Assembly: GCA_963828735.1 (NCBI GenBank)
Contig: CAWHFW010000005.1
Span: 320,001 to 384,000 of the forward strand
Source of the DNA: an uncultured Gemmatimonadales bacterium
GTDB taxonomy: Bacteria > Gemmatimonadota > Gemmatimonadetes > Gemmatimonadales > GWC2-71-9
Length of the DNA: 64,000 nucleotides
Direction: 5' to 3'
In this document: piece by piece, positions 52,677-61,284 of the stretch
How the letters are laid out: each line of letters starts with the position of its first letter
Position numbering within the stretch: the stretch's first letter is position 1
Made by a program: the position numbers and the translations under genes
Notes under the pieces: model-generated
The model's database searches: none
What the model was told of the DNA's origin: nothing
What the model saw: the letters and a program-made list of their open reading frames with translations, nothing else

Positions 52677-54365
52677 ATGGGACCCTGTCGCCGTCCGGCC
52701 ATCGTTGCCGCCGTGATCCTCATGGCGACCTTGGTCGTTTCAGGGACGGGCGCGGCGCAGACGGTCGTCGAGATGCAGGGCGGCGGCTCGTCGCTCCTCG
52801 GCGGGTACGGCGCGACGGCCAACTTCTGGCGCAATGGCGTGGACGGGTGGATCGGACTTGGCTACCTCGACGGCCTGCGGGCGGGCGCGTTTCTGCGCAC
52901 CGCCGTGGGCAAGGACACGCTGCGACTGGGCAACGATGCCCTGGTAATGCGCTTCCCCACCGATCTCTTCAGCAGCGGGTACAACCTGCTCGTGCAGGGG
53001 GCCAGCATGGGCGGCGGAACCGGGCGCACGTCCTATCTCGCCTTTGCGGGCGCCAGCTCGTCGGGCCTCGCCGCGCCGTCGTTCCAGGCCACGAGCATCG
53101 AGAAACCGATGGGTGCGGTGTTTCTCCAGCACCGCCTCTCACCGACGGTGCGGCTCACCGGCAACGTCCTCGTCGCCGAACATCAGACGCTGATGCCCGG
53201 GGTCCAGTGGCAACCCGTGCCCGATCTTACGACGGCACTCGTGGCCGGCATCGGAGCCGGCAGCCCGTACGTGGCCGGCGCGATCACGGCCCGCCGCGGC
53301 CCCCTCGGCGTCAAAGCGATGTACGGGTGGAACCCGGACCGCTTCCGTCGTGCGGATGTGCCGGGACCGACCCAGACGGAGGCGGAGAAGGAGAACATCT
53401 CGCTCACCTACGACTTCGGGTCCGCGTTTCAGGTGGGGGTCGCGCGCCAGCACTTCCTGCAGGACTCGGCCGCCGCCGCCGTGCCGATCCGGGCGAGCGG
53501 GAACTCCTTCTTCGCGAGCGGGCGCGTCCGCGAGGTGCGTCTGACCGGCGGCGTCTACGATTCACGCTCGCAGGGCACGAGCAACTTGAGCTCCTATTTC
53601 GCCGTCGGCCGCGAGGTCACGTCCTGGCTCGACGCGGAGCTCTTTCTCCTGCAGAGCAGGCCGTCGGGCCGCGCGTCGAGCACGACGCCTGTCATGAACC
53701 TCCGCTGGCGCCTCTCCCCCCGGGTGCGGCTGATGCAGCAGTTGTCGATGCACGAGCATCGGCCCACGGTGCAGTTCGGGGCCAACCTGGTCACTGCTCT
53801 CGGCGAGTTCGGCGCGGACTACCAGATCGTCCACCAGCCGTTCCAGCCGTTCCAGCCGTTCCGGAGCGCGCTCAACCTCACCGCCCGGCTGCAGCTCGGA
53901 CGCTACTCGACCAACCTTGGCACCTACGTGCGACCCGATGGCGCGGTGGACTACTCCGCCTCGGGGAGCACGTTCCTGTACATGGGCGCCTTCGGGGGCG
54001 TGCAGCCGCAGCAACTCGGCCAGGGCCAAAGCATGGGACGGTACTTGGTGCGCGGGGTGGTGCGGGACGAAGCGGGCGGCCCGGTGGAAGGCGCCGCGAT
54101 CGGAATCGGCGGAGAGGTGGCGTTCAGCAACTCGCGCGGCGAATTCTTCGTGCGGGCGCGGCGGCCGCAGCGCTACGACATCTCGGTTTCGCTGGAGGAG
54201 TTCCTGCTGCCGGGCCAGTGGGAGGTCGTATCGGCGCCCAGCCAGGTCACGGCGGAGCCGGAGGATCGCAGCCACGGGTTCGAGATCATCCTTCGGCGCG
54301 CACAGCCTGCCGCGCCGCGCCAGGATCCGCCTCCGGCGCCGGCGGACGCCGTGCCGGCGCATTGA
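52677..54365 (+). CDS. Putative usher-like outer-membrane beta-barrel with a C-terminal carboxypeptidase-regulatory-like domain
   Basis: Signal peptide; many amphipathic Gly/aromatic strands; C-terminal VRGVVRDE.G.PVEGA.I.....SN.RGEF domain; 562 aa. Confidence 0.58.
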   Translation: MGPCRRPAIVAAVILMATLVVSGTGAAQTVVEMQGGGSSLLGGYGATANFWRNGVDGWIGLGYLDGLRAGAFLRTAVGKDTLRLGNDALVMRFPTDLFSSGYNLLVQGASMGGGTGRTSYLAFAGASSSGLAAPSFQATSIEKPMGAVFLQHRLSPTVRLTGNVLVAEHQTLMPGVQWQPVPDLTTALVAGIGAGSPYVAGAITARRGPLGVKAMYGWNPDRFRRADVPGPTQTEAEKENISLTYDFGSAFQVGVARQHFLQDSAAAAVPIRASGNSFFASGRVREVRLTGGVYDSRSQGTSNLSSYFAVGREVTSWLDAELFLLQSRPSGRASSTTPVMNLRWRLSPRVRLMQQLSMHEHRPTVQFGANLVTALGEFGADYQIVHQPFQPFQPFRSALNLTARLQLGRYSTNLGTYVRPDGAVDYSASGSTFLYMGAFGGVQPQQLGQGQSMGRYLVRGVVRDEAGGPVEGAAIGIGGEVAFSNSRGEFFVRARRPQRYDISVSLEEFLLPGQWEVVSAPSQVTAEPEDRSHGFEIILRRAQPAAPRQDPPPAPADAVPAH

Positions 54366-54399
54366 AGCGATCCCGCCGATCCCGGCGACATCGGGCAAG

Positions 54400-54432
54400 C
54401 GAAGGGGGCATGATCCTGTCATGCCCCCTTCG
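54400..54432. terminator. GGGGCATG-family hairpin (copy 2), between convergent usher-like and OmpA genes
   Basis: CGAAGGGGGCATGA-tcctg-TCATGCCCCCTTCG, perfect 14-bp stem. Confidence 0.75.
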
Positions 54433-54461
54433 TGTACTTAGACCACCGGCACCTGGTTCTG

Positions 54462-55133
54462 CTATGGCATCGCGACCTTGTCCGTCGCGATGGCCGAATG
54501 ATCGATGACCAGCGCCACGCGACGGTTTTCGACTCCGTCGTCGCCCGGGCCCTGCGCCCCCGGCATCACCTGCCGGTTGCGGACCTCGCCGTAGCTCACC
54601 GCCCGGATGGTCTCGCTGTTGAACCCCTCGGAGGTCGAGAGGTAGTCACGAACCGCCTCGGCACGGTGCTGGCCGAGGCGCTGATTGTATGCCGGGCTCC
54701 CGGCGGCGTCGGTGAAGCCCTCGACGGTGATGATCGCACCGGGGTAGTACTCCTTCACCACCGACGCGAATCGGTCGAGCACGGGCCGGTCGGCCTCACG
54801 CAGCTCGGCGCTGTCGAACTCGAAGTGCACCGGGACATCGAACTTGAGCTGGGTCTTGACCTTCTCCATGCTCACGTTGAAGTCGCTCTTCAGGCTCTGC
54901 AACTCCTGCTCGAGCGCGTCGAGACGCTTCGTGTGGTCGGCCACGGTCTGGTCGGTGGAGTCGACCCGACTCGCCAGCTTCTGGTCGCCACTCTGCATCT
55001 CCTGGCGGAGACGCGCCACCTCGTTGTTGAAATCCGTCTCCTTGACCTTTGCGGCGCAACCGGCCAGCCCGAACGAGACGCCAAGCGCCCCGAGCGCAGT
55101 CATGACCTGCACACCGCGCTGCCGTGTGAACAT
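54462..55133 (-). CDS. OmpA/Pal-family peptidoglycan-binding lipoprotein with a coiled coil
   Basis: Lipobox LAGC; VHFEFDSAEL, VEGFTD..G...YNQRLG..RAEAV..YL, SYGE, ENRRV. Confidence 0.9.
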   Translation of the reverse strand: MFTRQRGVQVMTALGALGVSFGLAGCAAKVKETDFNNEVARLRQEMQSGDQKLASRVDSTDQTVADHTKRLDALEQELQSLKSDFNVSMEKVKTQLKFDVPVHFEFDSAELREADRPVLDRFASVVKEYYPGAIITVEGFTDAAGSPAYNQRLGQHRAEAVRDYLSTSEGFNSETIRAVSYGEVRNRQVMPGAQGPGDDGVENRRVALVIDHSAIATDKVAMP

Positions 55134-55244
55134 CAGGACCTCCTGCCTGCGGATGGGGGACATGGGCGTCGGCGGACGGCGCTCACGAACAGAACGTCGG
55201 TGCGGCGGTCACCCCCCTGCGGTGATCCAGGTCACAAGGCAGTC

Positions 55245-55688
55245 TCACTCGACTCCGAGCACCTCGACGTCGAATACCAGGGTTGCCCCGGGAGGAATGG
55301 CCGGCGGCGCACCACCATCACCGTACGCGAGCGCCGGCGGCAGCACCAGCTTCCGGCGACCCCCTACCTTCATCCCGTTGACGCCTTCGTCCCAGCCGGT
55401 GATGACCTGACCCGCGCCGAGGGTGAAGGCGAAGGGCTCGCCGCGGTCGCGGCTGCTGTCGAACTTGGTCCCGTCGGGAAGCCAGCCAGTGTAGTGCACC
55501 CTCACGGTGCGCCCTGGCCCGACCGGCTCGCCCTGCCCCATGGCGAGGTCGGTATACCAGAGACCCGAGGGGGCCTTGGTCATCTTCGTGGTGTCCACAC
55601 CGAGCGAGGCGCTGAACCCGCCAGACTTGGTGTCCTTGCCGCACGCCGCGAGCGCGACCAGGGCGAGAAGAAGGGAAAGACGGCGCAT
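55245..55688 (-). CDS. FKBP-type peptidyl-prolyl isomerase (lipoprotein)
   Basis: LAAC lipobox; [40 protein letters not shown]. Confidence 0.95.
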   Translation of the reverse strand: MRRLSLLLALVALAACGKDTKSGGFSASLGVDTTKMTKAPSGLWYTDLAMGQGEPVGPGRTVRVHYTGWLPDGTKFDSSRDRGEPFAFTLGAGQVITGWDEGVNGMKVGGRRKLVLPPALAYGDGGAPPAIPPGATLVFDVEVLGVE

Positions 55689-55756
55689 GCGTGCTCCGCG
55701 GAGGTAAGGGATGGCCATTAACGAGAAGGCCGACCCGAAGGTCGGCCCAGCAGGAA

Positions 55757-55830
55757 TCGGGACGGCGGGATTTGAACCCGCGACCCCTGCAACCCCATTG
55801 CAGTGCGCTACCGGACTGCGCTACGTCCCG
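55757..55830 (-). tRNA. tRNA-Pro(GGG), CCA not encoded
   Basis: CGGGACGTAGCGCAGTCCGGTAGCGCA-CTGCA-ATGGGGT-TGCAG-GGGTC-GCGGG-TTCAAAT-CCCGC-CGTCCCG-A cloverleaf; downstream hairpin at 55728-55747. Confidence 0.95.
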
Positions 55831-56278
55831 TCGTGCGAGGCGGAATTCTAGCCCGCGTCCTCCGAAGTGGGAAGGGGCGAGGAGCTCCGACTCGGACGAA
55901 GGGATCCCCTCGATCGGCGAGCATGAAGGTGCGCCATTCGAACAATCGATCGCCTTCGGCCCGGCGCCGTCGTCTCGTCGCTGGCCCCGTCCAGCCCGGG
56001 CCGAGCGCACTCGTGAAGGCCGCTCCCCCGGCTCCAGAGGCCCGGCTATGGCCGATTCCAGGCCAAGGCGTTCCACGGTCCCCTGCTGCGAATGGGGAGA
56101 CCCCGTGCGGGCCCCTCGCAGGGCACGGGTGCCGGGTGACCAGCCCCACCTCGCCTGTCCCCGCCCCCAGCCGATACTTAGGAGGCCTCCGTAACAGCAG
56201 CCGTCGGATCGGGCCCGGCATTTGCATTTTCAGGGACCCTGCTGGCAGGCCACCCATGTCGGACCGAAGGAGACCACA

Positions 56279-56461
56279 ATGAGCACGGACGAAGGGCTGC
56301 CCTGGGAAGGCGGTGGAGATCTGCCCTGGGACGCGTCGGAGGGGGTTTGGGAGCCCGAAGACGGCGAAGCGTGGCGCGGGGAACTCCACCTGGGTGAATG
56401 GCCGGAGAATCTGGCCGGTCCGGAGTACTGGCTCTACAAGAAAGAGCAGGGCGATGAGTAG
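56279..56461 (+). CDS. Small acidic Trp-rich protein (60 aa)
   Basis: AAGGAG SD; sigma54-like site at 56211-56226; terminator hairpin at 56485-56513. Confidence 0.65.
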   Translation: MSTDEGLPWEGGGDLPWDASEGVWEPEDGEAWRGELHLGEWPENLAGPEYWLYKKEQGDE

Positions 56462-56484
56462 AACCGTCGAAGCGCGCACGGATT

Positions 56485-56513
56485 GAAGGGGCCGACGTCA
56501 CGTCGGCCCCTTC
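56485..56513 (+). terminator. Intrinsic terminator after the small ORF
   Basis: GAAGGGGCCGACGT-c-ACGTCGGCCCCTTC followed by TCATTT. Confidence 0.65.
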
Positions 56514-56584
56514 TCATTTCGCACCCTGAAGGAAAACCGAAGCATGCCCTTCTAACTCCTTGCCGCCAGCCAACATACAACCTG

Positions 56585-56612
56585 TTGACAGCATGTAACT
56601 CGTTGCTATATT
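56585..56612 (+). promoter_or_regulatory. Near-consensus sigma70 promoter with extended -10
   Basis: TTGACA (56585-90), 16-nt spacer ending TGc, TATATT (56607-12). Confidence 0.7.
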
Positions 56613-56767
56613 GATATTTACGTTGAGCCGAACGGGAGTCGGGCAGCCTCTCTGGCCGCCCGCGTCCCCGACCGACTCGACGAGAAAATGCCGCCCGAAA
56701 GGGGGCATGGAACCGGAGGGGCCGCCCGTCGGCGGTCCCATGCACAGGACTGAGGAGAACCACACCC

Positions 56768-57781
56768 ATGTCGGATACAATGCCGAATCCCGCCGAAAAC
56801 GCGGCCCAGCTGCCGCAACCGTGGGATCCGTTTCAGTTGATGGACCGGTTGGACGAGGAGGCGCTTCGCAGGGAGCTCGACGGGGTCGCGGCAACCGATC
56901 TCGTGTACGTGGTGAAGGAGGGAGGCCAGGAAGTCGTGGGGCTGTCGAAGACCGGCGTGGATGAGTGCTGCATGGCGCTGGTGTCGCAGGGCCAGGTCAT
57001 CCGCGAGGAGGACCTGCAGTACGACGTGATTGGGGAAGGTGAGGACCGCGAGGCCCTCTTCAAGGTCAAGGCGGCGCGATTCGCCGTGTCGCCCGAGGGC
57101 CAGGACGTGCGGCTCGATCAGGTGATCGGAGTCAAGCGTCAGCCGCTCTTCTTCGAGGCCACCCAGCTCGATCTCGATGCGCGTGTGCCCAGCAAGAAAT
57201 ACAAGGGCCGCACCTACCGCGAGCTGCTGCAGTCGGACGAGGGACGGGACTATCTGGGCTGGATGGCCGAGCACTTCAGCGAGCCGGCCATTCGCGACTT
57301 TGTCCGGCGCATCCTGTCAGGCGAAGAGATCACCGCCCACCGCGAGCGCCAGCTCAATCCGCATTGGTACGAGGCCGGCGCGATGAAGGCGGCCCGGAAC
57401 GCCCGCTTCCGCCTCATCCCGGGCAACGTGCGCGCGCAGGTCATCGCGAGCGCGCGGCACACGGGCCAAGCCCGAGTGGTCGAAGCGCAGCCTGGTGCGC
57501 TCCGCGGCGTTTCGAGGGCCGCTCCCGCGCAGCCTGCAGAAGCGGCGCCTGCGCCGGCCGGAGAGCTGGTCACCCGCGTCGGGCCCTATGCGCCGACGGA
57601 AAAGCAGGTCGCGTTCTACCAGAGACTCGCCGAATCACCGGTATTCAGCGAGGAGGAGCGTCGCCGGGCCCTCGAATGGCTCGCGACCAAGGCCACGCGG
57701 CAGACGATCAAGGATCAGATCGATTGGCTCAAGCGCCAAGTCGAGACTCGCCGCGCGAACCGGGGGCAGTCGGCCGCGTAG
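56768..57781 (+). CDS. Hypothetical protein, putative single-strand annealing (Rad52/Sak/Redbeta-like) protein
   Basis: GAGGAG SD; GLSK.GV...G.KRQP...AMKAARNA core; inserted KKYKG.TY.E.....YL.W motif; Ala/Pro linker; C-terminal PTEKQ helical domain. Confidence 0.5.
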   Translation: MSDTMPNPAENAAQLPQPWDPFQLMDRLDEEALRRELDGVAATDLVYVVKEGGQEVVGLSKTGVDECCMALVSQGQVIREEDLQYDVIGEGEDREALFKVKAARFAVSPEGQDVRLDQVIGVKRQPLFFEATQLDLDARVPSKKYKGRTYRELLQSDEGRDYLGWMAEHFSEPAIRDFVRRILSGEEITAHRERQLNPHWYEAGAMKAARNARFRLIPGNVRAQVIASARHTGQARVVEAQPGALRGVSRAAPAQPAEAAPAPAGELVTRVGPYAPTEKQVAFYQRLAESPVFSEEERRRALEWLATKATRQTIKDQIDWLKRQVETRRANRGQSAA

Positions 57782-57825
57782 CGTGCCGGCGGACGGCCCA
57801 AGTCGCGGCCCGATGAGGGGAACAG

Positions 57826-57860
57826 CGAAGGGGGCATGCGCACTGCGCATGCCCCCTTCG
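57826..57860. terminator. GGGGCATG-family hairpin (copy 3), between convergent genes
   Basis: CGAAGGGGGCATGCGCA-c-TGCGCATGCCCCCTTCG. Confidence 0.75.
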
Positions 57861-57886
57861 TTGCGTTCGTCCGGGGGCCCTCGCCG

Positions 57887-59131
57887 CTATCGAATCTCCC
57901 TCAGCCTTCTCAGCTCCGGAACACGCACCGCGGTCACCGCCACCACCGCGAGCGTCGCCAGGCCGCCGAGGACCACGGACGGCACGGTCCCCAGGAGCTT
58001 CGCCGCCACCCCGGATTCGAACGCACCGATCTCGTTGGAGCTCCCGATGAAGATGGCGTTCACCGAGGAGACGCGCCCGAGCAGGTGCTCCGGCGTCAGC
58101 ACCTGAAGCAACGTGCTCCGCACGACGACGCTCACGGTATCCACCATCCCGCTCACGCCGAGCGCCACGAGCGAGAGCCCGAAGCTCCTGGAGACCCCGA
58201 ACACGATCATCGATATCCCGAACAGTGCCACGTTCACCAACAGCGTCCGGCCCGCGCGACGCAGCGGGGGACGGTGCGCCAGCACCAGCGACACGATGAC
58301 CGCGCCGGCGGCGGGAGCGGCCCGAAGCAGGCCCAGCCCCTCCGGTCCTACATGCAGGATCTCGTCGGCGAACACCGGCAACAGAGCGGTGGCGCCGCCG
58401 AACAGGACCGAGAAGAGGTCGAGCGCGAGCGCGCCAAGGATCACGGGCTGACCCCACACGAATCGCACGCCGCTACCGAGGCTCTCGAGCACCGACTCTC
58501 CGAAGCGGTCCCGCACCGGCGGGGCGTGGCGGATGCGGGCGATCGCGACGAGCGCCGCGAGCATCAACGATGCGTCCACGATATACGCCGCCGTCGCGTT
58601 GCCGAACCCGTAGATCAGCCCGCCGACGGCCGGCCCGAGGACGGCGGCGAGCTGCCAGGTCGAGCTGCGCCACGTGACGGCATTGGGATACAGCGAGCGC
58701 GGGACGACCTCCGCGCTGAGTGCCGTGCGGGACGGCTGGAGGAAACTACGGGCGATGCCGCTGAGGAAGATGACGAGATAGATCGGCCAGACGCGTCCCG
58801 GATGCAGCATGCCGGGCTGGACCGTGAACCACAGCAGCGAGAGCGAGCATCCGAGCAAGGCGACCAGGGACCACCGCGCGATCCGAAGCCGCGAGATCAC
58901 GTCCGCCACGTGCCCCGCCGGCAGTGCAAACCCGATGAAGGGCAGCGCCTCGGCCAGCCCGATGAGGCCGAGGGACAACGGGTCGTGCGTGAGCGCATAG
59001 ATCTGCCAGGACACGACCACGGCCTGGAGCTGGGTGGCCACGTTCATCGTCAGCAGGCTGACGATGAACCAGCGGAAATTGGGAATCCGCAGGGAGGCGT
59101 AGGGATCGTGTCGTGGGATCGCGGCGGCCAT
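57887..59131 (-). CDS. MFS transporter (EntS/DHA3-like)
   Basis: WQIYALT.DPL.LGLIGLAEA, AGHVAD..SR, LDLFSVLFGGA.ALLP, IGSSNEIGAFESG. Confidence 0.9.
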   Translation of the reverse strand: MAAAIPRHDPYASLRIPNFRWFIVSLLTMNVATQLQAVVVSWQIYALTHDPLSLGLIGLAEALPFIGFALPAGHVADVISRLRIARWSLVALLGCSLSLLWFTVQPGMLHPGRVWPIYLVIFLSGIARSFLQPSRTALSAEVVPRSLYPNAVTWRSSTWQLAAVLGPAVGGLIYGFGNATAAYIVDASLMLAALVAIARIRHAPPVRDRFGESVLESLGSGVRFVWGQPVILGALALDLFSVLFGGATALLPVFADEILHVGPEGLGLLRAAPAAGAVIVSLVLAHRPPLRRAGRTLLVNVALFGISMIVFGVSRSFGLSLVALGVSGMVDTVSVVVRSTLLQVLTPEHLLGRVSSVNAIFIGSSNEIGAFESGVAAKLLGTVPSVVLGGLATLAVVAVTAVRVPELRRLREIR

Positions 59132-59420
59132 GGCGGCGGGAAGATAATCGCCGAGCGAGCGCCGGTTTTCCGTGCCGGTGGAGCCCGAGCTCGGTCGCCA
59201 ATCCGGATGGGTGAAGCGAGCAAATCACCCGGTATCGCCGCGTGGTTTTTTGCCAGCCGCCAGAGATTTTGCGCGGCCGATCGCCAGAGGCGGCCCGTTC
59301 GCGACGTGTAACTCCATCTCATTCAATGGTATAGCCATACACTAGTGTCGGCCTGATTCGTGCGTGTAACGCGCGCGAATCGAAGGCCCTTCGCAACCCT
59401 ACATCCCGACCTCGCCAGGC

Positions 59421-61058
59421 ATGAAGCGACTGCTCCAACTATGCCCGCTCGTTGTTCTGGCGGCCTGCGCTAGCCATATCCCGCCCGCCCCCACGGCGGC
59501 GCCGTTGTCTGCTGCAGTCCACGATTCCGTCGCACCGGTCGTCGATCTCGATGCGCTCACCCACGAGAGCTCCGCCGCCGACGCCGTCGTGCTCAACGAT
59601 CTGGCCGACGCCACGCCGAGCGAGGCCGAAGTCCCCGCGTTCGACGCGAGCGACGTGCGCTGGGACATCGACGTCCTCACCTACGCCAACCACCCGCGGG
59701 TCCAGTACTACCTCGGCTACTTCCAGGGACTGGCCCGCGGCCGGATGGAGATCTTCCTGAGCCGCGGCGCCCGCTACGAGTCCATGATCCGTGCCCGCTT
59801 TCAGGCGGAGGGTCTGCCCGGAGACCTCGGCTATCTCGCGCTCATCGAGAGCGGGTACTCGAACGAAGCCGTGAGCCGGGCCTACGCCGTCGGCATGTGG
59901 CAGTTCATGCGCGGCACGGGCAGAGGCTACGGCCTCCGCGTGGATTCCTGGGTGGACGAGCGTCGTGACCCGGTCAAGGCGACCGATGCGGCCGCGCGGC
60001 ATCTGCGCGACCTCCGTGCGCGCTTCGGGTCGCTCTATCTCGCAGCGGCCGCCTACAACGCCGGGGCCGGCAAGGTCTCACGCAGCCTTGGCAAGCTCGA
60101 GTGGGACGCGCCGTCCGACACGAGCACGGCGCAGCCGGCGGCGGAGGACACGGTCGACGAGGAGCCCGCGGCGGACGCGGCGGAGGACACGACCGATCTC
60201 GCCACGGAGGCCCCGGCTGACTCGGCCGATTCAGTCGACGTGGACGCCTCCGACCTGGCGTCCGGCGAAAGCGTGGTGGCGGACTCGACCTCGATCCCGG
60301 TCGAGGACGTCGTCGCTCCGGAGACACAGGGCATCACCAGCGATGCGGCCTTCTTCCGGCTCGCATCGAATGACCTGTTGGCGAGCGAGACGCAGGACTA
60401 TGTCCCGAAACTGATCGCGGCGGCGCTGATCGCGAAGGCGCCCGCGCGCTACGGGTTCTCCTCGCCCACGCCGGCTCCGCTGGTCTATGACTCGCTCGTG
60501 GTCCATGACGTCACCGGCCTCGACGTGATCGCGAGGCTCGCCGGCACCAGCGTCGCCGAGATTCGCGACCTCAATCCCCAATACCTCCGCCTCGCCACCC
60601 CGCCGCGGTCCACGATGGTGGTCCGCCTGCCGGTCGGCACCGGCGCGGAGGTGGCCGGGCGCTACGCGGCCCTGAGCCCGAAGTCCCGCGTCCACTACCT
60701 GACCCACGTGACCGGCCGGAACGAGCGTCTCACCCGGATCGCGGCGCGCTATCGCCTGCCGGTCCGCGAGATCCAGGCGGCCAACCCGAACCTCCGGACC
60801 AGCCGGCCTGCCCGCGGCACCCGAATCGTGATCCCCGCCGTCGCGGTGCCCTCGGCGCTCGCGATGAAGGCCACTGGGACGATCGGCGGCCCTCGCGCTG
60901 TCTACGCCAGGGGAACGCTCCACCGCGTGCGTCGCGGCGAAACGCTCACGGGCATCGCCCGCCAGTATCGCGTGTCGGTCCGCTCGCTTCGGCGCGTGAA
61001 CGCGCTGCACAGCGACCACGCGCTCCGTGCCGGAATGCGCATCCGCATCCCCGGCTGA
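59421..61058 (+). CDS. MltD-like lytic transglycosylase (SLT plus LysM) lipoprotein
   Basis: LAAC lipobox; LALIESG, AVGMWQFM, DERRDP, AAYNAG, ETQDYVPK, C-terminal LysM repeats. Confidence 0.92.
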   Translation: MKRLLQLCPLVVLAACASHIPPAPTAAPLSAAVHDSVAPVVDLDALTHESSAADAVVLNDLADATPSEAEVPAFDASDVRWDIDVLTYANHPRVQYYLGYFQGLARGRMEIFLSRGARYESMIRARFQAEGLPGDLGYLALIESGYSNEAVSRAYAVGMWQFMRGTGRGYGLRVDSWVDERRDPVKATDAAARHLRDLRARFGSLYLAAAAYNAGAGKVSRSLGKLEWDAPSDTSTAQPAAEDTVDEEPAADAAEDTTDLATEAPADSADSVDVDASDLASGESVVADSTSIPVEDVVAPETQGITSDAAFFRLASNDLLASETQDYVPKLIAAALIAKAPARYGFSSPTPAPLVYDSLVVHDVTGLDVIARLAGTSVAEIRDLNPQYLRLATPPRSTMVVRLPVGTGAEVAGRYAALSPKSRVHYLTHVTGRNERLTRIAARYRLPVREIQAANPNLRTSRPARGTRIVIPAVAVPSALAMKATGTIGGPRAVYARGTLHRVRRGETLTGIARQYRVSVRSLRRVNALHSDHALRAGMRIRIPG

Positions 61059-61095
61059 TCCCTCACCCTCAACAGGTACGCAGAGAGACCCTTCC

Positions 61096-61284
61096 GTGTC
61101 CGCCGACAGCAGCGTCGCCGCTCCGTCCGCGCCAGTCTCTGAACGCACCGCCTTCGCGGTGCTGGGCTCCATGGTCCTCCTGATCGTGGCGCTCACCGTC
61201 CTGCTCATTCAAACCACCTGGGTGGACTCGGCGAGTGCCGCCGAGCCGCCGGCCGCCGACGGCGCGAGCCTCGCGCAGCGGTGA
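61096..61284 (+). CDS. Small single-TM hypothetical protein
   Basis: One strong TM helix (AFAVLGSMVLLIVALTVLLI); its stop overlaps the next start (GTGA). Confidence 0.5.
   Translation: MSADSSVAAPSAPVSERTAFAVLGSMVLLIVALTVLLIQTTWVDSASAAEPPAADGASLAQR

Noticed and set aside
53835..53861. CAGCCGTTC x3 tandem repeat as a phase-variation switch in the usher-like gene
   Set aside because: The 9-bp unit keeps the frame (QPF x3), so it cannot switch the gene on or off, and there are only three copies.
55831..56210. Gene or ncRNA in the gap upstream of the tRNA
   Set aside because: The ORFs are Arg/Pro-rich without an SD, and I recognised no 6S, SRP or tmRNA features. An Rfam scan would be needed.
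56680..56720. c-di-GMP-I riboswitch in the leader (GAAA-capped stem)
   Set aside because: It lacks the GCAAA flanks and the second receptor stem of the consensus.
55757..57781. Prophage or island integrated at tRNA-Pro
   Set aside because: No integrase and no duplicated tRNA 3' end were seen, and the phage-like gene lies on the tRNA 5' side.
59349..59364. Sigma54-like GG-N10-GC box upstream of mltD
   Set aside because: Only the dinucleotides match well, which is too likely by chance at this GC content.
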